From assembly GCA_038087875.1 (NCBI GenBank), contig JAXLNO010000239.1, positions 1-64,000 of the forward strand: DNA of 64,000 nt. Reading direction: 5' to 3'. Below the pieces are notes generated by a model, which did not search any database, was not told where the DNA came from, and saw only the letters and a program-made list of their open reading frames with translations. The stretch is from Malacoraja senta. Taxonomy: Eukaryota. Of the stretch, positions 1 to 11,625 are shown piece after piece; positions within the stretch are counted from its first letter, which is position 1, and every line of letters starts with the position of its first letter. Made by a program: the position numbers and the translations under genes.

Positions 1-19
1 TGGCCATAGAGGTCGGCAG

Positions 20-46
20 CAAAGATCCTCCGCTATAGGATCTTTG
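20..46. mobile_element. 27-bp palindromic mini-element with 8-bp target-site duplication (P-element-like termini)
   Basis: CAAAGATCCT-ccgctat-AGGATCTTTG (10-bp perfect IR). Flanks GTCGGCAG (12-19) and GTCGGTAG (47-54) match 7/8. The CAAAG terminus fits the CANRG consensus of P-superfamily TIRs. Confidence 0.6.
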
Positions 47-359
47 GTCGGTAGTCCAGACCGGCGCGATGCCCCCCGGGCCCACAGCCAGCGCAGAGAA
101 ACAGCGCTAAACCAGGTTCAACTCTGCCTGTCCCGCAGGTGAGCCTATAGCCTTCCTGGACTTGCGGGAAATATGGCCAGCGCGGAGAAGCAGCGCTAGT
201 GTCCCGTCAGTCCAGGCAGGGCTGTAGTTAACCCGGCAAGACAGGCAGTGTTGAGCTGCATTTAGCGCTGGATTGAGTCTCCGAAGCAAAGATACTACCT
301 CGCGCTTGTGTGTGTGAGTGTGCGCACCATGTTTTGATAGCGAGTTCCGCTCCTGAGCC

Positions 360-2318
360 CACCCAATACTATTTCTCGCCTAAATGAACATTTCTTTCAG
401 TTCCTCTACCCCCTTAGATCCTCTGTCCTCCAGTACATCTGGGAGATTGTTTGTGTCTTCCTTAGTGAAGACAGATCCGAAGTACCTGTTCAACTCTGCT
501 GCCATTTCCTTTGTTACAGATAATAATTTCACCCGTGTCTGCCTTCAAGGGACCCACATTTGACTTTGCTACTCTTTTTCCCTTAACATATCTAAAGAAG
601 CTTTTACTGTCCTTCTTTATATTCCTGGCCAGCTTCCCCTCGTACTTCATCTTTTCAGCCCGTATTGCCCGTTTTGTTTCCTTCTGTTGTCCTATGAAAG
701 TTTCCCAATCCTCTGGCTTCTGACTACTTTTTGCTGTGTTATACATCTTTTCTTTTAGTTTTATTCTTTCTCTAACTTCTCTTGTCAGCCACGGTTGCCT
801 CCTACTCCCCTTAAATCTTTCTTCCTTTTTGGAATGAAATGATCCTGCGTCTTCCGGATTATGCCCAGAAATTCCTGCCATTGCTGTTCCACCACATTCC
901 TGCTAGGATCCCTTTCCAGTCTACCTTAGCCAGCTCCTCCCTCTTGCCTTCAAAGTCCCCTTTGTTCAACTGCATCACTTCTCAAATTGCAGATTAAAAC
1001 TAATCATATTATGATCACTACTTCCAAGCGGTTCCTTTACCTCGAGTTCTCTTATCAAATCTGTTCATTAGACGACACTAAATCCAGAATTGCCTTTTCT
1101 CTAGTTGGCTGCATTACAAACTGCGCTCAGAATCCATCTCGGAGACACTCTACAAACTCTCTTTCTTGGGGTTCTGAACCAACCTGATTTTCACAGTCTA
1201 CCTGCATATTGAAATCCCCCATCACCACAGTGACATTACCTTTGTTACATGCCAGTTTTAACTCCTGCGCAACTTACACCCTACATCCGGGCTACTATTT
1301 GGGGGTCTGTAGATAACACCAATTAATGTCTTCTTGCCTTTACAATTGCTCAACTCAATCCACAGTCACTCTACCTTGTCAGTCCCTATGTCTTCCTTCA
1401 CAAGGACTGAATTTCATCCCTCACCAGCAGAGCTACCCTCCCTCCTCTGCCAACCTGCCTGTCCTTTCTATAGGATGTATAACCCTGAATATTAAGTTCC
1501 CAGGCCCGATCCTCCTGCAGTCACATCTCAGTAATCCCCACAATGTCATATCTACCAACCTCTAACTGAGCCTCAAGCTCATCTACTTTATTTCTTATAC
1601 TTCACGCATTCAAATACAATACTTTTAATTCCTTACGCATCTCACCTTTCACATCGATCCCTATTACACTTGGCCATACTCTCCTATTCCTTTGTGAGCT
1701 TTCTTTCCCGTTAATTCTGGGGTCATCAACTATCCCTTTACTCTCTTCCCTTTAACTCTGTCTTTGACTATCCCATTTGACCCCCCCCCCCCCCCATTTA
1801 GTTTAAAACCACCCGCGTAGCAGTGGCAAACCTGCCTGCCAGAATGCTGGTCCCCCACCTGTTAAGGTGCAATCTGTCCCTTTTGTACAGTTCCCCCTTA
1901 CTCCAAAACAGATCCCAATGGTCTAAGAATCTAAATCTCTGCCCCCTGCACCAGTTCCTCAGCCACACATTCAGGTCCTGTATCTCCCTGTTCCTGCTCT
2001 CACCAGCACGAGGAACTGGAAGCAAACCGGAGACAACAACCCTGGAGGTCCTGCTTTTCAGCATTTTTCGAGCTCTCTAAAGTAACGCTGCAGAATATTC
2101 ATGCCCTTCTTTCCGACATCGTTTGTGCCGACAAGCACTACAACTTCCGGCTGTTCACCTTCGCCCTTGAGGATTGCTGCACTCTGTCCGTGACATCCTG
2201 GATCCTGGCACCAGGGAGGCAGCACGCCATCCTCGAATCCCGTCTGTTGCCGCAGAAACCCCTGTCCGTACCTCTCACAATGGAGTCTCCAACTACCACG
2301 GCGTTGCCTGACGTCGGT
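360..2318 (-). mobile_element. CR1 LINE, segment with ORF1 SGNH-esterase domain and ORF2 APE endonuclease/linker (degenerate, 3'-truncated)
   Basis: Minus translation near 2310 gives TSGNAVVVGDSIVRG. ORF 1798-2064 (SGLLPVPR..N.WL..WC...F.F.DHW...D.LHLN..G) is the esterase. ORF 462-881 (PWLT...KKDSKSFFRYVKGKR) is the typical CR1 ORF2 linker. Confidence 0.9.
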
Positions 2319-4425
2319 GTTGCTTTGTAGTCCTTATAATAACAGTGGCCTCACACCATGTCAGGTTATATAGAGTTTATTGGGTACAAGCGATACAAGT
2401 TCTCACTTGAGAGTTCACTTTAAGACTAACGGAATGCAGCAGACCGCGACGCTAACAAGCTAGTGGGCATAACTACAAATGCATGACTCATAGCATGAGC
2501 CACTAGTCTACATCCCCCCTCTTAAAGAATCAATAACGATGTATATCCATAACTAAGCAAAGCAAATATCACAACCGATGACAGACTGGTGGAAAGTCAA
2601 ACATAGTCCGGATACTTCACGACCGGCCTGCAAACACGACTGGCACGTGTACGATAGAGGCCATCTCTATTCTTTTCTCTGGGGAAACAGCAGGCGATTT
2701 CACCGCCGTGGGGGAGCGGACCAACGCCTCTGGAGTCGAAGTAGGAGACTGTGGCAGAGGCGCAGATGCAACAGACAGAGGAACTGTCGCAGGCATGGAT
2801 TGTTGTGCTGGCAAGAGCATGCGAGGGTCACTAGATGCAGATTGAAATGAACTTCTACGATCTGGATAATAAGGAGGAGGGATTGGCTCGTTCACAGGCA
2901 GAAGGTGTTGTCTGTTGCGTCGCTAGGTGCCGCCATCGGCTCTAACAATGTACGAGCGTGGCTCCGAAGCGGGACCAGACACCACCCCAATACGGTCATG
3001 GCCTTTGTCAGTCTGTAAGCGGACCACCTGTCCTTTGGTCAATGGCGGCAGAGACCTACTCGTCTTGTCGAGCCATTTCTTTTGAACATTACGCCTCTGT
3101 TGCAACGTTTTGAACCTCCTTAGGCGGAAAGTCATGTGGGATTAATGTTTGCTCTGCTACGGGCAACGGGGTGCGGGTCTGCCTTGACAATAATCGTTGA
3201 GCAGGTGAACCCTAGGCAGGGTCACGGGAAATGTTGCGTAAGTTGAGCAAATCCAGGAATACGTCAGATTTGGCCCTGTGAGAGCGCTGCCATTGTCAGA
3301 CAACAGCTTGCCTGGAGATCCATGGATGGAAAAATGACGAGATAATTTCGAAATCACGTCGCTGGAAGTGGGGCTGCTGAGAAAATCAATGTCGAACCAT
3401 CCTGAATACGAATCCACGAGCACCTGGTACTGCTTGCCGTGCCATTCAAATAAATCAGCTGCCACTGTAGACCATGGGAGCGCAGGTACAGGATGTGGCA
3501 GAAATGGTTGCTTTTGTTGATGAGGCACCAGGCTATTGCACACAGCACATGCTGCCACATTTTCATTGATGTATTCGGCCATGCCAGGCCAGTAAAACAT
3601 GCTTTTCGCCCGTGAAACAGTGGCTTCAGCACCTGGGTATCCTGCATGGACAGCGCCAAAATACCGGTGATGCAGCGAAACAGGAACCACGGCCTTGTGT
3701 CCTTTTAAAACAACACCGTTTTGTAGCACTAATTCGTCCCGAACAGGGAAGAAAGGTCGGACTGGCAAAGAAACGTTGTAGTCGTGTCTGGCCAGCCACG
3801 CTTAATGACACAAGTTAGTGACCGTAGGGTCTTGTCGGTGGCAGTGTGGGCAACCAGGTCCTCCATCCATGATGAAGGGATGAAGGATACGGACATCACG
3901 ATAAAGCCATCATCCTGCGAGGGCAGATCCTCGCAGGAATTCCGAGGTGCACGTGACAGAGTGTCTGCCAGGTGCATATCCTTTCCACGTTTGTAGGTCA
4001 GGACAATGTCATATTTTCGAAGTTGTAGTAACATCCGTTGTAGGCACGCTGGAAAGTTATGAATAGGTTTATTGAAAATGCTGATAAGAGGTGGGTGGTC
4101 GATTTCAATTGTAATAGTGCGACCAAAGATGAAATCGTTGAACTTTTTGCAGACGAACACAACCGCTAACAACTCTTTTTTGATTTGGGCGTATCGTTGT
4201 TCTGTGTCAGACATGGTGCGTGAGGCATAGGCGACAGGCTTATTGCCATGGCCATCATTCTGAAGGCATGCAGCGCCCAGGCCGTGTTGTGAGGCGTCAC
4301 ATGTAAGTGTAATAGGCAGTCTAGGATCAAAGTACGCTAGAGTAGTGAGTGTCAAACGCTGTCTGTTGTTGCTCATGCCAGGTCCAAGCAGAGTCATTGT
4401 GTGTGAGATGGCGCAATGGGGCGCT
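2319..4425 (-). mobile_element. Ty3/Gypsy LTR retrotransposon fragment (RT connection, RNase H, internally deleted integrase, PPT, one LTR, PBS-like site)
   Basis: RNase H DASQHGLGA/YASRT/YAQI.KE. Integrase zinc finger H..(H)PG...C..C. Core VDSYSGW and SDNG, then a deletion. C-terminal GQVVR...PRSY. Confidence 0.9.
2359..2512 (-). repeat. Gypsy LTR (154 bp, TGT...ACA)
   Basis: Preceded on the minus strand by polypurine tract AAGAGGGGGA (~2513-2524). Contains AATAAA (2376-2381). Followed immediately by TGGTG. Confidence 0.75.
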
Positions 4426-5050
4426 TTGGTTTTGGCTCAACAGCACTTTTTGCTTCGCAAACCAGTCTGCCGCTCAGTGTGTTAACGTCTTCTGTCCCGA
4501 CAGCTTCTAAGTGGGTGAACCTGTTCTCAAGAGGTACAACACCCGGGGACCTTTGCATTCCATGTTTCCTTCCCTTTCTCACCATCTCTCTTCCAGTACC
4601 TCAGGTGTAACAATCTTACTGTAGGACTTGTCGAGGAACGACTGCGTTTCTCGGACGAACCTGAGGTCATCCACTTGCTTCTCCAGTTCCCCAACACGGT
4701 CCTTCAGGAGCTGTACCTGGATGCACTTCTCACATTTGTAGCAGCCAGAGGCACCAGCGGTGTCCTTGACCTCCCACATACTGCAAGCATCACACTGAAT
4801 CAGCTTGCCTGACATCTCCTTCTTTCGTCTCTCCCTCTCCAGTGTTTGGTGTGGCGTTCTCCCTCAGCCTCCTCACCGAAGACTCGCAGCCAAAGACGCA
4901 CTTTTCTCACAGGGCACTTAAGACTCGCACTTTTCTCACAGGGCACTACCCTCGACAGGGCCGCACCCCTTGAGCAAGTCTTGCTTATATCAGATGCTAA
5001 ATTGCCTAATTGTCCTATTTACCAATCTTCCAATCTAATTGTTCAGCCAA
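4426..5050 (-). mobile_element. CR1 LINE 5' UTR and ORF1 N-terminus (zinc finger/leucine zipper); same element as 360-2318
   Basis: ORF 4579-4815 MSGKLIQCDACSMWE...CEKC..VQLLKDRVGELEKQVDDLR has CxxC..CxxC plus a coiled coil. ORF 4394-4585 (VPLENRF) leads into the GDS motif on the other side of the Gypsy insert. Confidence 0.85.
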
Positions 5051-5782
5051 TCCCCACACTCACTCCTAACCTTCCTTCCTCTGATGAGCTCGGAAGTATG
5101 TGCTTTGTCCGACCTGCACTCAAAGACTGCGAAAGTGCTGTTTGCCGTCTTTGCACTCAAGACTCACCAAGTCCAGCCAACGGTCGTTCTCACTGTTGTT
5201 TTGTCCGACCTGCTCTCAAAGAGTCAAACGAAAAGTTGTTAACAATTTAACAACTTATCATGCATAGATGTAAGTCTGGAGAAAAAAAACCAGCAGTTTA
5301 TTTTTGTTACCTGCACTTAATATTGCTTTTCAATCTTTGCATCAGTAGAGGGCCATTACCAGCCTGTATTCCGGCCACAAGATGGTGCTACTGGGCAGAT
5401 TTTAAATTCATGGCAGAGATTCATTTGACTCGCTTTCCATAAGTTTGAATATTTGATTATTACTCAGTAGATCGTCATTTTATTTTGCATTTAATTTATT
5501 TTTATCCTCACCGGGTTTCTTCATTTATTTGTCAACGTCTTCGGCAACCACTTGGATGCATAAGACAAACTGAACGACCTCCTCCTCCAGTATTTCTGTT
5601 CTGTCCAGCTCAGGGTTTCTTTAGATTACCTTGAGATAATCTAAAGAGAGGTCAAAATGCTTTTCCAAATGAAGATAAACTATGCAGTTGCAGCCATTAC
5701 CAGTGAGGCTTCCTAACACGCTCTTGTACTAGAGACATCCCCAAGATCTATTGTTGCCCCTTTCTTGTTTCTCATGCAGCTT

Positions 5783-6247
5783 GGAAACAGGCCCTTTGGC
5801 CCACTGAGTCCGTGCCTACCAGCAATCACACCACATACTAACCTACACGCACCAGGGAAAATTTTACAACTTACTGAAGCCAATTAACCTACAAACCTGT
5901 ACATCTTTGGAGTGTGAGAGGAAACCGGAGCACCCGGAGAAACCAGACAACACCCGTAACCGAGTCCGCACCGACCAGCGATCTCTGCACATTAACGCTA
6001 TCCTACACACACTCGGGACAATTTTACACTTATATCAATCCAATTAACCTACATACCTGTACGTCTTTGGAGTGTGGGAGGAATCCAAAGATCTCGGAGA
6101 AAACCCACGCGGTCATGGGGAGACCATTCAAACTCCATACAGACAGCACCCATAGTTAGGATCAAACCCGGGTCTCTGGTGCTGAAAGTGTTGTACGGCA
6201 GCAACTCTACTGCTGCGCCAACATGCCGCCCTCGCGCCACCGTGCCG
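5783..6247 (-). mobile_element. Two HE1/V-SINE copies (one partial, one near full)
   Basis: V-domain (ttctcccc..cgtgggtttt..ccggtttcctcccacact ccaaaga) and tRNA-like head (ggcacggtggcg..gcagtagagttgctgcc..gtttgatcc) on the minus strand. Confidence 0.85.
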
Positions 6248-6593
6248 TTCTTGTGCCCTCAACCAGATTATCAATCCACCTCTTGTACTCTGACTTGACA
6301 TTACCCATTATTCAAGCAACGATGGTGGTATTGTCAGCGAACCTTAAGTTGGCAATGGAGCTGAGTCTGGCTGCACGTACATGGGGACAGAGAGAGTGAA
6401 GCAGAGGACTAAGAATGTGGGCTTTTGCTGACGGTTAGCAAGGAGTTGTTTAGTTTTAATTTAGCTTAGTTTAGTTTAATATTGTCATGTGTACCTAGGT
6501 ACAGTGAAACGCTTTTTTGTTGAGTGCTATCCAGTCAGCGAAAAGACTATATATGATTACAGTTATATGCAAAAGAAACATACAATTACAAGG

Positions 6594-7071
6594 AACTCCA
6601 GTATACTGGGACCGCCGATGAGAACATCGTGGAGCAGCGGTTCTGTGGAGCGGCCAGCTGCGACGCTGAACGGTACATCCCGGAGACTGGGATCTCTTGC
6701 TGAGATTGCCAGTGTGTGGAGCTCCGTCCGGCGCGGTCTGTTGGCTTGGAAGCCGTGGTCTTCGGTGGGAAGGTGGTCGTTCCTGGTACCCCAAGCCGCT
6801 GGGGGTTCTCCCGATGCCGGAGCACCATCACCCGGCGAGAACATCGGGCGCCGTGGCGGCAACTGTGGAGGCCTCAGTGGGCCCGACTCTGGGTGGACAA
6901 GAGGATGGGGACTGGACTTTGTGGCTTCCCCCACAGTGGGAACCACTGTGGGGTGATGTTTTGGTGTTGAACTTCTTTTTAATGCTATGTTGTATTTTAT
7001 TAGTGTGCTGCAAGGACATCTGAATTTCCCCTGAATAAGGGGATTAATAAAGTCTAATTCAATTCAATTCA
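6594..7071 (+). mobile_element. GC-rich non-autonomous retroelement with Rex1-type 3' tail (5'-truncated; same family as 21250-22135)
   Basis: Shares long blocks with 21600-22100. Ends aatttcccctgaataaggggattaataaag + (aattc)n. Confidence 0.7.
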
Positions 7072-7379
7072 GTCATACAATCAAACTGTCCACAGTGTAG
7101 ATACAGGATAAATGTTTAGTGCAAGATAAAGTCCAGTAAAGTCCAATTAAAGATAGTTGGAAGGTCTCCAATGAGGTAGATGGGAGGTCAGGAAGGCATT
7201 GTTACTTAACAAAGAAAACATAGTGGAAGATAGAACTTGCAATAAACTGAAGTAATCATAACAACACTTGGCTATAGCAAAAGAAACATACAATTACAAG
7301 GGTGATATAAGATGAACATAATGGATATTAAGGTTTGGTATAATTTCAGCAATTAGAAGGAATGGGTGACACAGATTAT

Positions 7380-8392
7380 AGAACATGATACCACAGGCCC
7401 TTCAGTTTATGATATCTGGGCAAACCAGGATGCCAATTTAAACTGCACATCTGCCTACACATGGTCCATATCCCTTTATTCCTTGCCTGTCTAAATACTT
7501 CTTCAACATTGTCTATATCTGCTTCCACACTTCCCCTGGCAGCATGTTTCATGCACCTTTGCTGGGGTAGTATGCTGGCACAACAGTAGAGTTGCTGCCT
7601 AGCAGTGCCAGAGACCCAGGTTCGATTCTGACTGTGGGTGCTGTCGGTACGGAGTATGTACCCACCCTCAGTGACCGCATGGGTTTTCACCGGGTAGCTC
7701 CGGTTTCCTCCCACACGCAAAGACATCCAGGTTTGTTGGTTAATTTGGCTTCTATAAATTGTAAATTGTCCCTAGTGTTAGTGTGCGGGTTTCACTGGTT
7801 GGCGCGGACTCGGTGGGCCGAAGGGCCTGTTTCCGCACAGTATCTCTAAACTAAATTAAACTAAAACTAAATCACTCTTTTTTAAATATTCCTTCAAATA
7901 TCTCCTTTAGAATTTCCCCATCTTACTTTAAAGCTATGGCTTCTAGTATTTGATATTTCCACCCTGGGAAGAAGACCCCAACTATCACCCTATTTATGCC
8001 TCTAACAACTGTATATAGTTATATCAGGTTGCCCCTCAAGCCTCCGATGCTTCAGAGAAAACGATTCAAGCTTGTCCAACCTCATCCTATATCTAACACT
8101 CTCTAATCCAGGCAACATCCCGATGAACATTTTCTGTACCCCATCCAACCCCCCCCCCCCCCCCCATCCATTCTGTAATGTGGTGATCAGACTGCACATC
8201 ATACTCTAAATGTGCTCAAGCAATGATAATACAGCTGCAACAGGACTTGCCAACTTTTATATTCATGATCTTGACTGTTGCTGTCTACTTCTTTACCACC
8301 CTATCTACTTGTGGTGCCCATTTCAGGAAGCTATGGACTTGCACCCCAAGATCTCTCTGTACACTAATGGTCCTAAATGCCCTTCCATTTAC
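7380..8392 (-). mobile_element. Degraded CR1 3' end (RT C-terminus and 3' UTR) interrupted by a SINE
   Basis: QRDLGVQVH, MLPGLE...RL..L..FSL..RRL.G motifs. Confidence 0.75.
7565..7870 (+). mobile_element. HE1/V-SINE
   Basis: tRNA-like head with B-box ggttcgattc, V-domain, CR1-like tail gggccgaagggcctgtttcc, (ctaaa)n. Confidence 0.9.
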
Positions 8393-9183
8393 TCGGAGGT
8401 CAAATGTAATGGGAATGTATACAGTAAATAGCAGTGGGACAAAACCTGGTGGCAGGGAGACACAGCTGGAAAACATTGATGAATTCCCCCAGTTTCAAGC
8501 AATATCCCCTTAATCCCCTCATCCACCTGCCCCCTCAGCTCCAGAGTTTACACATCTCCCATCAGCCTGTCACCCTGCTCGTTTCCACTCCTCTGAACAC
8601 TCACCTCCAATCCCCTCATCTCACATTTCTCTTTTCTCCCCCCCACTTTCCCCTCGCCTTTGTCCCATTCCACCCACCCCCTCCCTCTGGGTTTAATTTC
8701 ACTCCTCCTCTTCATTCATTGTCTGACAATCTTACACTCTTGTACTTAAGCATGATTGTGCCTAATGTATAGTAAGATTATTACTGAACTCTATGCATCC
8801 AAAGAATCTCAATGTACCTAGGTGTGCTTTTCACTTCTAGCCTTTCTCACTTGCTCGACTCCTCACCTGTATCCACCTATCACTCGCCAGGCTTTGTACC
8901 ACCTCCAACTCTCTTTTCAAGCTTTCTCTCCCCCTACTTGAATCAATCTGAAGAAGGGAACCACCCTGAAACATCGCCTGTCCATTCCCCTCACAATTGT
9001 TGCCTTGCCCGCTGAGTTCCTTCAGCACTTTATTTTTTGCTCATAATAATATTTATGCCTCCAGCACACCAGCTGGAAATGTTTGGATATCTCCCATCCC
9101 ATCCCACACCTTTCCAAACAGTTGTGGGCAGTCTGGGGTCAAGGGTAACACCTTAAGAATTTTAACATTTCACACTAGGAACA

Positions 9184-9490
9184 GCACAGTGATACAACGG
9201 TCGAGTTGCTGCCTTACAGCGTCAGAGACACGGGTTCAATTCTGACTACAGGTGTTGTCTGTATGGAGTTTGTACGTTCTCCCCGTGACCATGTGGGTTT
9301 TCCCCGGGTGCTCCAGTTTTCTCCCACACTCCAAAGACATACAGATTTGTAGCTTAATTGGATTTAATAAAATTATAAATTGTCCCTTGTGTAGGACAGC
9401 ACTAGTGTACGGAACGTGTCAGCGTGGACTCGGTGGGCCGAAGGGCTTGTTTCCGCGCTGTATCTCTAAACCAAACTAAATTAAACTAAA
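9184..9490 (+). mobile_element. HE1/V-SINE
   Basis: Same tripartite structure and (ctaaa)n tail. Confidence 0.9.
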
Positions 9491-10241
9491 TATGATCCCC
9501 TCGCACTCATCTCTCAGGTCTGAACGCACTTCAACATACAACCTCTGGGTTGTCAGATGGGAATCTTAAAACAAATCAATCTGGAGGAGGGTCTCAACCC
9601 GAAACATCACCCACTCACCCATTCCTTCTCTCCAGAGACACTGCCTGTCTCACTGAGTTACTCCAGCTTTTTGAGTCTATCTACAGTTTAAACCAACATC
9701 TGCAGTTCCTTCCTGCACACCTGCAGTTCCTTCCTATACAAATCAATCTGGGGCAAGTAGGATGTTAACTTTTTTTTAAATTTTTAACTGGCCCAATTAG
9801 AATTGGATTGTCTGCCCCGATTCCACCTTATTTTACAGACTTTGTGTGATGTAGCAACCAATCCATAAGCACTGGCCTGTCATTCTCAGCACAACCACTG
9901 CTGTAACCCATTCTCATACAAAATAAAAGGTTTCTGGCGGAACAATAAATGAGACAATTCAAAGGCTTTTGCCAAGTTACAGAAACAATAGGTTTCCCCA
10001 GCATGTTTCTGGCTGAAGTCCATCAAAAATATCCCAGGCCATTTATATAAAAATACATATTGCATTGAGGCACCTGTAAAGTGAACTAATATTGATCCTT
10101 TGCATCTGTTAGGTTTTACAGTTATGAGTACAGTACTACTAAGATGTCAAACAGAACAAAGCAGTCAACAGCATGCAGTGTGGAGCTGTATAAGCTTTAT
10201 TCCATACAACTTGCACAAAACAACAGAACAGTAATACATAC

Positions 10242-10375
10242 CAGCAGAGTAAATTCAATGGTGTCAGGGGCTGACTTTTCCATTAGGTTTTGATTTTTGT
10301 TAAACTTAGCGGGGAGAATTATCCCTTCAAAAATAATTATATCTCCAATGCCTTGAACTTTACTCTTGAGAGAGG
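10242..10375 (-). CDS. Candidate coding exon F of an unrecognised minus-strand gene (ASLKSKVQGIGDIIIFEG...IEFTLL)
   Basis: Acceptor ttttattgattccttcAG, donor GTatgt. Only one open frame (phase 1 to 0), matching exon E. Lies in non-repeat sequence. Confidence 0.45.
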
Positions 10376-10454
10376 CTGAAGGAATCAATAAAAGGATAAC
10401 CTGATTTCACGTACAATATCGGAAGGGTTAATTTAAAAATAAACATAAAATGCT

Positions 10455-10985
10455 GTCAGGAAGCATTTCTGGAGAATATGGACAGGGGGTGTTTCAGAAT
10501 GGGACCCTTCTTCAGTCTGATTATAGTGGGGGGAGGATAAGCTGGAATAGAGAGGTGGGGGAGAGCAAGTGAGGCAAGTGATAGGTGGATACAGGTGAGG
10601 GGGGAAAAGATGGAAACAAAGTCAAAGTCAATGAGATAAGGAGAGAAGAGATAGGAAATCTGAAGCCAGAGGAAAGGATATAGGTGGAAGGGGACAAGGG
10701 AAAGGGGAAAGATGGGGCGGTTTAGTGGGAGAAATGGATGTGCATCCGGGTGGGGCACAGGGAAGAGAGGAGGAAATAAAAGTGAGGGGGTGGGATGTTA
10801 TTGGTTAGTTACCTAAAACTGGAGATTTCAAAGTTCACATAGTTGGCATGTAAGTTACCCAAGCAGAATATGAGGTTCTTAGCTTTGCGGCCACACTCTG
10901 GCAGTGGAGGAGGCTCAGGACTGGAAGGTCAGTATGGGAATGGGAAGGGGAGTTAAAATGGTTTGCAAACATGAGATCCAGCCTG
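10455..10985 (-). mobile_element. Penelope-like element 3' fragment (GIY-YIG end and terminal repeat)
   Basis: Homologous to 16735-17180 and 46280-46790. Confidence 0.7.
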
Positions 10986-11369
10986 CCTTAATTTCTTGAT
11001 GGTTGTCTTTTTAAAAAGTGATTACCAAAGCAGCCACTGATTTAATTGAGGAAACTGTCAACGTTGGCAATTGTGCATTCTCATCTGCCATTCCAAATTC
11101 CCTTTTAGCTCTTCATACAGGCCATTACCTCTTCAAGGTTTGCAATGCTGGAAGGTGGAGTGGAATCAGTAAAACCAAGACAAAATATACGCCAAAGAAT
11201 ACGGAAACAGGGCCTTTGATCCACTGTGTTCATGCGGAACATCAATTCCTCCTTCCCCATTTACATCAGTATGACATTAATTCCATTAATTCCATCCACA
11301 TTTCCATAAACTCCTCCCAGATCCTTCCACCCATCTACACCAGGGACAACTTACAGTGGCCACTTAAGG

Positions 11370-11625
11370 GTAGAGTTCCTGCAGAGCCAGAAACCCGGGT
11401 TCGATCCGGACTATGGGAGCTTTCCATATGGAGTTTGAACGTTCTCCCTGTGATCGTGAGGGTTTTCTCCAGCTGCCCTGGTTTCCTTCCACATTCCAAA
11501 AACATTCAGGTTTGTAGGTTAATTGGTTACTGTAAATTGTCCCTCGTGTGTAGGATGGTGTTAGTGTACGGGGTGATTGCCGGTCGGAGCGGACTCGGTG
11601 GCCGAAGGGCCTGTTTCCACGCTCA
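11370..11625 (+). mobile_element. HE1/V-SINE
   Basis: B-box gggttcgatcc, V-domain, gccgaagggcctgtttcc tail. Confidence 0.85.

Noticed and set aside
11129..11147. 19-bp minus-strand micro-exon with plausible splice sites
   Set aside because: Would shift exon F into a frame with an early stop; no other support.
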